Source: Coriobacteriales bacterium
GTDB lineage: Bacteria; Actinomycetota; Coriobacteriia; Coriobacteriales; CADBOM01
DNA: 64,000 nucleotides
Assembly: GCA_050946275.1 (NCBI GenBank)
Contig: JBMNUM010000001.1
Coordinates: 92,690-156,689, forward strand
Direction of reading: 5' to 3'
This document shows, in pieces, positions 52,013-61,363 of this stretch. The notes beneath the pieces were generated by a model. That model did not search any database. It was not told where the DNA came from and was given only the letters and a program-made list of their open reading frames with translations. The position numbers and the translations under genes are program-made. Within the stretch, counting starts at the first letter, position 1. Each line of letters opens with the position of its first letter.

Positions 52013-53890
52013 TTGGACTCCAACCTCCTGCTCGATCGATATGTGATACAGGAAACCCTTGGCTCGGGGAGCGGGGGCGTGGTCAATCTCGCCTGGGACA
52101 CGCGCATGCAGCGCAACGTCGCCATCAAGCGCATCGAGCTTCCCGTGCACCAGGACCTCGCGCAGATCCCCGGCCTCGAGGAGGCGCGCACCGGTGCGCA
52201 GCTGCACGACTCGCGCATCGTCAACGTCTTCGACTTCGAGGTCACCGACGACGAGGCACTGCTCATCATGGAGTTCGTCGACGGCATCTCGCTCGGCGCG
52301 CTCATGGACCGAATCCCGCGCATGCTCACGCTCGACGAGATCGCGTCCATCGTGCAAAACGTCGGCAAGGCGCTGCAGCATGCGCACCAGCATCACGTGC
52401 TGCACCTCGACGTCAAGCCCGACAACATCCTCATCGACACCACGGGCATGAGCAAGATGACCGACTTCGGCATCGGCAGGCTCGCCAGGCTCGGCGGCTT
52501 CGGCGAGGCCACGGCCGGCACGATCGGCTACATGCCGCCCGAGCAGCTGCGCGGCGAGGAGATCACGGAGAAGAGCGACCAGTGGGCGTTCGCCGTGGTG
52601 GTCTACGAGCTGCTGGTGGGGGAGGACCCCTTCATCCGCGACACGTTCGACGAGTCGCTCCAGGCGATGCAGCATGAGGAGATACCGCTGCCCTCGGCCT
52701 CCGACGAGGAGCTCGACCCCGCCATTGACGATGTGATCTTCAAGGCGCTCAGCCTCGACCCGGCCGAGCGCTATCCGTCCGTCGCGAAGTTCGTCGCGGC
52801 GCTGAACCCGTATCTCGGCACGGCCCGCACGGGCAGGAGCCGCCTCGGCAAGCTCGTCTCGGTCTTCGGAGACGAGATCGCCCTCGGCAGTCCCGAGGAG
52901 CGCATGGCGGCCATCCGGGACATGGATGACCTCTACGAGCCGGGCGACCAGCTCCAGTTCGACGAGATGTACTACGACGACGAGACCGAGCCGCTCGACG
53001 TGCAGCCCGACTACGACGTCGACGGCTACGGCGAGGATGCGATCGACCCCTACGACGAGCGCCGGGTCGTGAAGCGCCGCAGCTACAAGAACATCCTGGG
53101 TGACCGCGGCGTATCCATCATCGCGCGCGTCGTCGCGGCGGCGTGCAACGCGGCGCTCGCGTATCTGGGCATGGTCTCGATCCCACTGCCGCTTCCGTGG
53201 GCGGGTTGGGCGCTCGTGGGCATCGCCGCAATCGTGGGTGTCATCATCCCGCGCGTGGCCCCGCTCGTCTCGATGGCCATCCTCGCCTTCGGCATGGTGT
53301 GCGCCGACTGGATACCCCAGGCGGTCATCCTCATCATCGCCGGGCTGGCGTGGTGGATCTTCGTCGGCCGCAAGTCGAACGGCGCGGCGAACTGCGGCGT
53401 GCTGGCCCCCGCGGCCGGACTCCTCGGCTTCGCCTACCTGCAGCCCCTGTTCACCGGCTACCTCCTGCGCTGGCGCGAGGCGCTGGTGACGGGCCTGTTC
53501 GGCGTGGCGCTCATGCTGCTCGTCTACCCGCTCACCGGCTCGGGCGAGCTGTTCAAGACGTCGCTCGGGTTCATCCCCAACACGACCGCCATGAGGGCGT
53601 CACTTGTGGAGGTTTATTGGAGCGCGGAGCTGTGGATATACGTCGTTGCATGGCTTGTGGCTACTCTCGCCATGTCTGTGCTTGCCAACCGCGGAAGTAA
53701 AGCGCTCTCCATGGTTGGCGCGGTTATATCGACGGCTATAATTGTTATTTCGAGAGTGATGTACGGCATCGCGGGAGGAACGCTCCCCGCGCTCATGACG
53801 GTGGATTTCGTCTTCGCGGTGCTCCTGCCCCTGGTCATCGTGTGCGTCGCGGTTTGGATTCACGCGCCCAGGGCAGGCGGAAGCAACTGA
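52013..53890 (+). CDS. Hanks-type Ser/Thr protein kinase with a C-terminal polytopic (about 8 TM) membrane domain.
   Basis: GSGSGGVV...VAIKRI, HLDVKPDNIL, DFG and GYMPPEQ kinase motifs. The C-terminal about 270 aa are almost entirely hydrophobic helices. Start TTG 52013 (after GGAG) is preferred over the ORF-track TTG 51971. Confidence 0.85.
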   Translation: MDSNLLLDRYVIQETLGSGSGGVVNLAWDTRMQRNVAIKRIELPVHQDLAQIPGLEEARTGAQLHDSRIVNVFDFEVTDDEALLIMEFVDGISLGALMDRIPRMLTLDEIASIVQNVGKALQHAHQHHVLHLDVKPDNILIDTTGMSKMTDFGIGRLARLGGFGEATAGTIGYMPPEQLRGEEITEKSDQWAFAVVVYELLVGEDPFIRDTFDESLQAMQHEEIPLPSASDEELDPAIDDVIFKALSLDPAERYPSVAKFVAALNPYLGTARTGRSRLGKLVSVFGDEIALGSPEERMAAIRDMDDLYEPGDQLQFDEMYYDDETEPLDVQPDYDVDGYGEDAIDPYDERRVVKRRSYKNILGDRGVSIIARVVAAACNAALAYLGMVSIPLPLPWAGWALVGIAAIVGVIIPRVAPLVSMAILAFGMVCADWIPQAVILIIAGLAWWIFVGRKSNGAANCGVLAPAAGLLGFAYLQPLFTGYLLRWREALVTGLFGVALMLLVYPLTGSGELFKTSLGFIPNTTAMRASLVEVYWSAELWIYVVAWLVATLAMSVLANRGSKALSMVGAVISTAIIVISRVMYGIAGGTLPALMTVDFVFAVLLPLVIVCVAVWIHAPRAGGSN

Positions 53891-53950
53891 AAAGGACAAC
53901 TTAAATGAAGCAGCAGTGGCACGACGGAATACTTGAGGGGGAGTTCTAAA

Positions 53951-54904
53951 GTGGGTATCTTCTCTGCTTTCGAGGGTAAAGTCGATGACGCGTTCGACGG
54001 CATGGCGGGCGCGGTGTTCAAGTCTCCCATCGAGCCGACCCAGATAGCGAAGCGATGCGAGAAGCAGATGCACCGCAACAAGCTCGTGGGCAAGGGCGTG
54101 CAGTATGCGCCGACGCTCTACACCGTCTTGGTGAACGTCGACGACGACAGGCGCCTGTTCGGGTTCTATCCGACGATGGCCGGCGAGCTCGAGACCTATC
54201 TCGTGGGCGCGTCCGACGACGCGGGGCTCTCGCTCGAGTGCCGCCCGCTCGTCCGCTTCATCGCCGACGAGGGCCTCAAGAGCGGCAAGTTCGATGTCGT
54301 CGCCGAGGTCGTCACCTCCAACATCATCTCCGAGCTGCGCGAGGAGGAGGCCGAGTACTACGGCCTCGACGTGTTCCAGAAGGGACCGGCGCGCCAGTCC
54401 GGATCCGGCAGGGGCGGCAGGCGCCCGCGCGGCACGAAGCCGAAGAGCGGCGAGAAGCGCGGCGGCCGCCAGTCGCACGTGCAGGTCATGCCCGTGCAGC
54501 CCATCGACAACGGCCAGGACTTCCGCGACGACGACGTCGCGACCGAGCCCGTCGCCGACGAGCGCTACGAAGAGCGCGAGGACGACGGCTACCGCGGCGG
54601 CCACGCGAACTACGGCTTCCAGCCGGCGGTGCTCGTGGACGCGCGTTCCGGCGACGAGTATCCCATCGATTACGACAGCGTGATCATCGGCCGTGATGAC
54701 ACGAGCGACATCGCCCTGCCCGACGCGAGCGTCTCGCGCGCCCATGCGCGCATCAGCCGCGACGAGCTGGGCAAGTGGAGCATCACGGACCTCAACTCCA
54801 CGAACGGCACGTCCGTCAACGGGCGCAAGATCTCCAACGCGCGCCTCTCGTATGGCGACCAGGTGACCGTCGGCACGACGATCCTGCTGTTCCAGAAAGG
54901 ATAA
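53951..54904 (+). CDS. fhaA: FhaA-like protein (DUF3662 N-terminal domain plus C-terminal FHA domain).
   Basis: GTG start after GAGGGGGAG. VGIFSAFEGKVDDAFDG...AKRCEKQM is the N-domain. The C-terminal FHA reads IIGRDDTSDIALPDASVSRAHARI...TDLNSTNGTSVNG. Confidence 0.85.
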   Translation: MGIFSAFEGKVDDAFDGMAGAVFKSPIEPTQIAKRCEKQMHRNKLVGKGVQYAPTLYTVLVNVDDDRRLFGFYPTMAGELETYLVGASDDAGLSLECRPLVRFIADEGLKSGKFDVVAEVVTSNIISELREEEAEYYGLDVFQKGPARQSGSGRGGRRPRGTKPKSGEKRGGRQSHVQVMPVQPIDNGQDFRDDDVATEPVADERYEEREDDGYRGGHANYGFQPAVLVDARSGDEYPIDYDSVIIGRDDTSDIALPDASVSRAHARISRDELGKWSITDLNSTNGTSVNGRKISNARLSYGDQVTVGTTILLFQKG

Positions 54905-54907
54905 GCG

Positions 54908-55321
54908 TTGATAGACGTTGCCCTGTGGATCGGCCGCATCCTCCTCATAGCGCTGCTGTACCTCTTCCTCTTCGCGCTCATGCGCACGGGGATCAGGCTC
55001 GTCAGCGACCAGCGCAAGAAGGAGGGTGGCTGGACGATTACCGTCGAACATGGCCCCAAGGAGCTCAAGGGCGTGAAGATCAAGGTTTCCGGCCCTGTTG
55101 TGGTCGGCAGGTCGCCGGGTGCCGACATCGTCATCGGCGACTCCTTCGTGTCGGGCAAGCACGCCCGCTTCACGATCGCCGGCAACGACCTCCTCGCCGA
55201 GGACCTGCAGTCGACGAACGGCACGCTGCTCAACGGCCAGCCGCTGCTCCAGCCCACGGTGCTGCACAAGAACGACATGATCGTCATCGGCGACGTGCAG
55301 ATCAAGGTTGGTAGGGAATGA
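54908..55321 (+). CDS. fhaB: FhaB/FipA-like membrane-anchored FHA-domain protein.
   Basis: TTG start. N-terminal TM. FHA core VVGRSPGADIVIGDSFVSGKHARF...DLQSTNGTLLNG. Confidence 0.8.
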   Translation: MIDVALWIGRILLIALLYLFLFALMRTGIRLVSDQRKKEGGWTITVEHGPKELKGVKIKVSGPVVVGRSPGADIVIGDSFVSGKHARFTIAGNDLLAEDLQSTNGTLLNGQPLLQPTVLHKNDMIVIGDVQIKVGRE

Positions 55322-56544
55322 GCCCTCGCAAAGCCAAGGCGCAGCCCCCGATCACGGTCGGTGCCAAGACCGATGTCGGCCAGGTGCGTGCGCAGAACGA
55401 AGATTCCATGCTCGTGAAGCTGCCCCTGCTCGTCGTTGCCGACGGCATCGGCGGTCAGGAGGCGGGCGAGATCGCGAGCCAGATCGCCATCGAGACGATG
55501 GAGATCGAGGCTCCCGTGAGCGCTGACGCCGAGCAGCTCGGAGACGCCGTCGTGCATGCGAACGCGGCGGTCATGCGCGCGGCCGAAGAGGGTCGCGGCA
55601 GGCCGGGCATGGGCACCACCATGACGGCCGCCTACATCGAGCACTCGACGCTCGCGGTCGCCCAGGTCGGCGACTCGCGCGCTTACCGTATCCGCGCGGG
55701 CGAGATCGAGCAGCTCACGCACGACCACTCGCTCATCGCGGCCATGGTCGACAGCGGCCAGATCACCGAGGAGGAGGCGCGCACGCATCCGTCGCGCTCC
55801 ATCATCACCCGCGCGCTCGGGTCCGATCCCGACATGCGCCCGGACCTCTTCGAGTTCGACCTGCGCGACGGCGACCGCATCATCCTGTGCTCCGACGGCC
55901 TGCATGGCATGATCCCGGACGACCACATCAAGCTCATCATGGACGAGTATCCCGACGCCCAGGAGGCGGCGGATGCGCTCGTTGCTGCGGCGAACGCGGC
56001 CGGCGGCATGGACAACGTCACCGTCATCGTCGCCAACGTCGACAAGGTCAGCCCCGCCGAGGAGGTCAAGATGAAGCGCTCGCGGCGCTTCTCGGCCATC
56101 ATCTTCGCGGTCGTGGCGGCCGTTCTGGTCGTGGCGGCTATCGGCGGGTTCACGTTCTTCATCAACAGCTCGGCGTACCTCATCGCGGAGGATGGGGTGG
56201 TCGCCGTGTACAAGGGCCGGCTCGACAACTCGTCGGGCCTGGGCAAGAGCGAGCTCCAGTACGCCTCGGACGTGAAGGTGGACAAGCTGCCCGACATCAC
56301 GCAGGAGAAGCTCGCCGAGGGCGTGCAGTTCGGCTCCCTCGAGGAGGCCGAGGAGACGCTCGAGAGCTATCGCGTGCAGATTCAGGTGGACGAGAAGTCC
56401 GCCGAGGAGGCCAAGAAGAAGGAGGCCGCCGCCAAGAAGGAGGTCGAGGCCAAGGAGGCCGAGCGGGCCGCAAAGCTCGCCGCCATGGAGGCGGAGTACT
56501 ACGGCTACGACGAAGAGTACTACTACGACGAGGATGAGGGCTAG
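55318..56544 (+). CDS. pstP: PP2C-family Ser/Thr phosphatase (PstP-like) with a TM segment and an extracytoplasmic tail.
   Basis: GAKTDVGQVRAQNEDS, VADGIGG and DNVTVIV PP2C motifs. TM FSAIIFAVVAAVLVVAAIGGFTFFI. The tail is Lys/Glu/Ala-rich and then Tyr/Asp/Glu-rich. Confidence 0.88.
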   Translation: MSPRKAKAQPPITVGAKTDVGQVRAQNEDSMLVKLPLLVVADGIGGQEAGEIASQIAIETMEIEAPVSADAEQLGDAVVHANAAVMRAAEEGRGRPGMGTTMTAAYIEHSTLAVAQVGDSRAYRIRAGEIEQLTHDHSLIAAMVDSGQITEEEARTHPSRSIITRALGSDPDMRPDLFEFDLRDGDRIILCSDGLHGMIPDDHIKLIMDEYPDAQEAADALVAAANAAGGMDNVTVIVANVDKVSPAEEVKMKRSRRFSAIIFAVVAAVLVVAAIGGFTFFINSSAYLIAEDGVVAVYKGRLDNSSGLGKSELQYASDVKVDKLPDITQEKLAEGVQFGSLEEAEETLESYRVQIQVDEKSAEEAKKKEAAAKKEVEAKEAERAAKLAAMEAEYYGYDEEYYYDEDEG

Positions 56545-56556
56545 GGCTAGAGGCTG

Positions 56557-59295
56557 ATGTCAAGCTGGAGGTCGACAGAGCTGCTGCTGATTTTGGGTGC
56601 AACCCCCGTGGTCGCGCTCATCTCCATCATGTCCATCATCACCGGTGGCAACGCGATCACGTTCGAGACGCTCGCAGTGCCGATCGGCCTGTTCCTCGCG
56701 TTCATCGCGGCGCATTTCGCCGTGTGCAGGCTGGCGCCCAACGCGGACAACGCGCTGCTGCCCATCACGTACCTGCTCTCGGGTATCGGCATCGCGTTCG
56801 TGTTCCGCCTCGCGCCCGATTTGGCCACGAACCAGCTCATATGGCTGTTCGCGGGCATCGCGCTCATGGTGCTGACGCTCGTGTTCGTGCCATCGCTCTC
56901 GGCGCTCTCGCGCTACAAGTACACGATGATGGTGTTCGGCTTGCTGCTCCTGCTGCTGCCGATCGTCGCCGGCGTGGAGATCTACGGCTCCAAGATCTGG
57001 CTGTCCATCGGCGGTTTCTCGTTCCAGCCGGGCGAGCTCGCCAAGATCCTCATCGTGCTGTTCCTCGCCGCGTACCTCGCCGAGAACCGCGAGATGCTCT
57101 CCGTGTCGTCGCGGCGCATCCTGGGCATGCAGCTGCCGGACTTCAAGACGCTGTTCCCGCTCGTGTTCATGCTCCTGGTTTCGATCGTGATCGTGGTCTT
57201 CGAGCGCGACCTCGGTAGCGCGCTGCTGTTCTTCGGCCTGTTCCTCGTGATGATCTACGTGTGCACGGGCCGCATCAGCTTCGTCGTGATCAGCCTGATC
57301 GTCGTGGGCATCGTCGGCGTGCTGCTCTACCTCTCGTTCTCGCACATCCAGGCGCGCTTCGCCGTCTGGATCGACCCGTTCGAATACGCGCAGGACACGG
57401 GATACCAGCTCGTGCAGGCGCTCTACTCCATGGCCGACGGCGGCATGTTCGGCGTCGGCATCGGCAAGGGCATGCCGACGACGATCCCCATCGTCGAGAG
57501 CGACTTCATCTTCGCGGCGTTCGCCGAGGAGATGGGCCTGCTCGGCGCCTCGGGCGTCCTGCTGCTCTTCGTGCTGTTCGCGATTCGCGGCTTCGCCACG
57601 GCGGCCCGCGCTCGTCGCGACGTCGACGCCTTCGCGGCGGTGGGCCTCACGGCGGCCATCTCGCTGCAGGCGTTCGTCATCGTCGGCGGCGTGACCGGCT
57701 TCATCCCGTTGACGGGTGTGACGTTGCCCTTCATGAGCCAGGGTGGCTCATCGCTCATCTCGAGCTTCATCATCGTGGGACTCCTGCTGCGTACCGGCGA
57801 CGACGGAACCGGCACCGCGGAGGAGCTGACGATGTTCTCGCGCAGCATGGACGGCGGAACGCTCGGCAGGCGTGCGCTCGGCAAGCGCCTCACGCGCATC
57901 CTCACCGTGTTCTGCATCCTGTTCGCGCTGCTCATCGCCAACCTCACGAACATCATGGTCGTGAGGGCCGAGGCGCTGCAGACGATGCCGTCGAACAACC
58001 ACACGCTCGCGCATCACGAGCAGATCGAGCGCGGCTCGATCACGACGGCCGACGACGTGACGCTCGCCGAGTCCGTCCTGCAAGACGACGGATTCTACGC
58101 GCGCGAGTACCCGCAGGGCGACCTCGCGCCGCAGGTGCTGGGCTACTACTCGCTGCGCTACGGCACGGCGGGCCTCGAGGCGTCGCTCGACCAGACGCTC
58201 ACCGGCAACCGCAACTTCTCGACCATCACAGGTGCTATCACATCGCTGTCGGGCGGGACGAACCCGGGCAACAGCGTGCAGCTGACCATCGACTCGCGCA
58301 TCCAGCGGGCCGCGCAGGACGCTCTGGGCGGCTACGATGGCGCGTGCGTCGTGCTCGACCCCGAGACGGGCGCCGTGCTCGGCATGGCATCCGGCCCGGA
58401 CTACGACGTCAACGAGGTCGAGGACCTGCTCGCCGGCGACGTCGAGACCGACGCGCTGTTCAACCGCGCGACGCAGGGTCTCTACTCGCCCGGTTCGACG
58501 TTCAAGACGGTGACGCTCGCCACGGCGATCGAGAACAAGATCGCGACGCTCGACACCGAGTACTACTCGCCCGGCGAGCTCGAGATCGGCGGTGGAAAGG
58601 TCACCTCGTTCGACGGCAACAACCTGGGCACCATCACGCTGCAGGAGGCGTTCGCCTACTCGAGCAACACGGTGTTCGCGCAGGTCGGCGAGGAGATTGG
58701 CGACAAGATGCTCGTCGCGGGCTCGAACGCCTTCGGCTTCGGCAAGACCGTGTCGACGGACTTCAACATCCGCGTCTCGCTCATGCCCGACCCGAACGAG
58801 ATGATCCTGTGGGAGACCGCGTGGGCGGCTGTCGGACAGCCCGTCGGCGAGCACGACAGCCCGGCGGGTCCGCAGGCGACGCCCATCCAGATGGCGATGG
58901 TCGCGGCGTGCATCGCCAACGACGGCAAGATCATGACGCCGTATCTCGTCGACAACGTGAAGAGCCCGGAGGGCGCCGTGGTGACCACGACGAAGCCGAG
59001 CGAGTTCGCGAGTCCCATCAGCGCCGAGACGGCATCGAAGGTCCGCACCGCCATGGAGGACGTGGTGGATTACGGAACCGGTACCGGTGCCTATGTCGAG
59101 GGCGCCATCGTGTACGGCAAGACCGGCACGGCCCAGACGAGCATCCACGACGACAACTCGTGGTTCATCGGCACGGCCGAGGCCGGCGGCCGCAAGGTCA
59201 CGATCGCGATCGTGCTCGAGGACTACGACGAGCCAGTGACGTTCAAGGCCGCGGATGTGTTCGAGACCTCGCTCGAGGCTTTGGGGGCTTTGTGA
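56557..59295 (+). CDS. Fused SEDS glycosyltransferase (RodA/FtsW family) and class B PBP transpeptidase (PbpA-like) in one ORF.
   Basis: 912 uninterrupted codons. Residues 1-400 are polytopic with FQPGELAKI and LPFMSQGGSS. A TM (ILTVFCILFALLIANL) follows, then a PBP dimerisation domain and transpeptidase motifs STFK, SSN and KTGTA. Confidence 0.85.
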   Translation: MSSWRSTELLLILGATPVVALISIMSIITGGNAITFETLAVPIGLFLAFIAAHFAVCRLAPNADNALLPITYLLSGIGIAFVFRLAPDLATNQLIWLFAGIALMVLTLVFVPSLSALSRYKYTMMVFGLLLLLLPIVAGVEIYGSKIWLSIGGFSFQPGELAKILIVLFLAAYLAENREMLSVSSRRILGMQLPDFKTLFPLVFMLLVSIVIVVFERDLGSALLFFGLFLVMIYVCTGRISFVVISLIVVGIVGVLLYLSFSHIQARFAVWIDPFEYAQDTGYQLVQALYSMADGGMFGVGIGKGMPTTIPIVESDFIFAAFAEEMGLLGASGVLLLFVLFAIRGFATAARARRDVDAFAAVGLTAAISLQAFVIVGGVTGFIPLTGVTLPFMSQGGSSLISSFIIVGLLLRTGDDGTGTAEELTMFSRSMDGGTLGRRALGKRLTRILTVFCILFALLIANLTNIMVVRAEALQTMPSNNHTLAHHEQIERGSITTADDVTLAESVLQDDGFYAREYPQGDLAPQVLGYYSLRYGTAGLEASLDQTLTGNRNFSTITGAITSLSGGTNPGNSVQLTIDSRIQRAAQDALGGYDGACVVLDPETGAVLGMASGPDYDVNEVEDLLAGDVETDALFNRATQGLYSPGSTFKTVTLATAIENKIATLDTEYYSPGELEIGGGKVTSFDGNNLGTITLQEAFAYSSNTVFAQVGEEIGDKMLVAGSNAFGFGKTVSTDFNIRVSLMPDPNEMILWETAWAAVGQPVGEHDSPAGPQATPIQMAMVAACIANDGKIMTPYLVDNVKSPEGAVVTTTKPSEFASPISAETASKVRTAMEDVVDYGTGTGAYVEGAIVYGKTGTAQTSIHDDNSWFIGTAEAGGRKVTIAIVLEDYDEPVTFKAADVFETSLEALGAL

Positions 59296-59377
59296 TGAGA
59301 CAGCCGAATATATATCAACAAGGGAATGAATGTGCTAAGTTCAACCTGGAGTTTTTTGGAAGGCCGGGGGATGTAAA

Positions 59378-61210
59378 GTGATCAACAGGGTTATAGCTTC
59401 TCGATATCGCATTATCGAGCGAATCGGCATCGGGGGCATGGCCGAGGTCTACAAGGCGCAGGACGAGGTCCTGGGACGCGTGGACGCGGTCAAGGTGCTT
59501 CTCCCGCAGTATGCCACCGACCCGACATTCGCACGGCGGTTCAGGCAGGAGGCGCAGGCAGCTGCGAATCTCTCGAGCCCGTACATCGTGAGCATCTACG
59601 ACTGGGGTCTCGACGGCGAGACGTATTACATCGTCATGGAGTACGTCCGCGGCGTCGACCTCAAGACCGCCATCACGCAGCGCGGCGCCATCGACCAGCG
59701 CAAGGTCGCGCAGATCGCGTCGCAGGTGTGCTCCGGTCTCGCCGTCGCGCATGACAACGACGTCATCCACCGCGACATCAAGCCGCAGAACGTCATGATC
59801 CAGCCCGATGGCAACATCAAGATCATGGACTTCGGCGTCGCGCGTGCCGGCAACTCGACGATGACGCAGACGGGTTCCGTGCTCGGCACGGCCAACTACG
59901 TCTCGCCCGAGCAGGCGCAGGGCAAGGTGCCCGGCGCGGCATCGGACCTGTACTCCCTCGGCATCATGATGTACGAGGCCGTCACGGGCAGGCTGCCCTT
60001 CGAGGGCTCGGACGCCATCTCGGTGGCGCTCAAGCAGGTCAACGAGATCCCCGAGCCGCTGAGCGTGCACAACCCGCAGATCAGCCCGGACTTCGAGGCC
60101 ATCATCATGAAGGCCCTCGAGAAGGATCCGGCCAAGCGCTTCGCCAGCGCGGACGAGATGCGCGGCGCGCTCAACAACTTCCTCAACGGCAAGCCCGTGC
60201 GCATCGCCGGCGTGACCGGCATGGGCGCGGCCGCGACGCAGGTCCTCCCGGATGGCACGAAGACCAAGGTGCTCGGCCCCGATGCCAGCACGACCGCCGT
60301 CATGCCCGTCTCCAGCTACGGCCAGGGTGGCGGCAAGGGCGGCGTCAAGACCCCCGACAAGGACAAGAAGAAGCTCTCGGGCAAGAAGCGCGCCCTCATC
60401 GCCATCATCACCGTCGTGGCCATCGCGGCGATCGCGGCCGGCGTGTACTTCTTCATGGGAGGCAACTCGCTCGCCCAGGTGCCCAACGTCGTGGGCGAGA
60501 CCAAGGAGAGCGCGAAGAGCATCATCGAGGAGGCCGGCTTCGTGGTCGGCACCGAGAAGGAAGAGTACAGCGACACGGTCGAGGAGGGCCTCGTGATGCG
60601 GCAGTCGCCCAAGGCGAACTCCGAGCTCGCCAAGGGCAAGACGATCGACCTCGTCTACTCGAAGGGTCCCAAGCCGCCCGACCAGGTGAAGGTCCCCGAC
60701 TTGCGCAACCTGACAGCCGAGGAGGCCGAGAAGGCGCTCTCGGACAAGAACCTGCACGGCAGGGCGGGTGATGCGGTCTACGACGACGAGATCGAGGCCG
60801 GCAAGGTCGTGAAGCAGGACCCGGCTGCGGGCGAGACGGTCGACGAGGGCTCGACGATCACGTTCTACATCTCGCTTGGGCCCGAGCCGGTGACGAGCGT
60901 CACCGTGCCGAGCGTCATAGGCGATTCGGAGTCCGGCGCCGCGTGGGATCTCGAGCAATACGGCTTGTACCCGGATTACTACTACGTGTACTCCGACACC
61001 GCCAGCGCGGGCGTCGTCATCGATCAGTACCCGGGCGCGGGCGCCGAGGTCTCGCCGGGCTCGTACATCCAGGTGACCGTCTCGCAGGGTCCGGAGCCGA
61101 CGCCCGAGCCGGATGAGGGCGGCACGGACGGCTCGACCGATGGATCCACGGACGACAGCGGCAACACGGACGCGAACAACAACAACGGCAACGGCAACAC
61201 GAACCAGTAG
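59378..61210 (+). CDS. pknB: Ser/Thr protein kinase PknB with three extracellular PASTA domains.
   Basis: GTG start. GIGGMAEVYKA, HRDIKPQNVM, DFG and NYVSPEQ motifs. TM IAIITVVAIAAIAAGVYFF. Three PASTA-like repeats begin at VPNVVG, VPDLRN and VPSVIG. Confidence 0.9.
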   Translation: MINRVIASRYRIIERIGIGGMAEVYKAQDEVLGRVDAVKVLLPQYATDPTFARRFRQEAQAAANLSSPYIVSIYDWGLDGETYYIVMEYVRGVDLKTAITQRGAIDQRKVAQIASQVCSGLAVAHDNDVIHRDIKPQNVMIQPDGNIKIMDFGVARAGNSTMTQTGSVLGTANYVSPEQAQGKVPGAASDLYSLGIMMYEAVTGRLPFEGSDAISVALKQVNEIPEPLSVHNPQISPDFEAIIMKALEKDPAKRFASADEMRGALNNFLNGKPVRIAGVTGMGAAATQVLPDGTKTKVLGPDASTTAVMPVSSYGQGGGKGGVKTPDKDKKKLSGKKRALIAIITVVAIAAIAAGVYFFMGGNSLAQVPNVVGETKESAKSIIEEAGFVVGTEKEEYSDTVEEGLVMRQSPKANSELAKGKTIDLVYSKGPKPPDQVKVPDLRNLTAEEAEKALSDKNLHGRAGDAVYDDEIEAGKVVKQDPAAGETVDEGSTITFYISLGPEPVTSVTVPSVIGDSESGAAWDLEQYGLYPDYYYVYSDTASAGVVIDQYPGAGAEVSPGSYIQVTVSQGPEPTPEPDEGGTDGSTDGSTDDSGNTDANNNNGNGNTNQ

Positions 61211-61238
61211 CGGTTGCCGCCACATACCGCAAGCGAGA

Positions 61239-61274
61239 ATGAGTCGGAGGACGGTCCTCCGACTCATTTTTTTG
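61239..61274 (+). terminator. Rho-independent terminator after pknB.
   Basis: ATGAGTCGGAGGAC-G-GTCCTCCGACTCAT followed by TTTTTTG. Confidence 0.8.
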
Positions 61275-61319
61275 CAGCGGGGCAAAAGCGGACCACCCGC
61301 TTCTGGCGCGTCGGGTGCT

Positions 61320-61328
61320 TGCTATACT
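61320..61328 (+). promoter_or_regulatory. Extended -10 (TGcTATACT) upstream of tcdA.
   Basis: Read at 61320-61328, about 35 nt upstream of the GAAAGGA SD and GTG 61364. Confidence 0.45.
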
Positions 61329-61363
61329 CTTGGGGAGTTGTAAACAGCTGGAAAGGACGTGCC

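Noticed and set aside
53777-53788. A half-site, GGAACGCTCCCC, of the 27-bp palindrome lies inside the kinase CDS.
   Set aside because: Only one arm is present, and it lies within a well-supported coding frame. It is most likely a chance match in GC-rich DNA.
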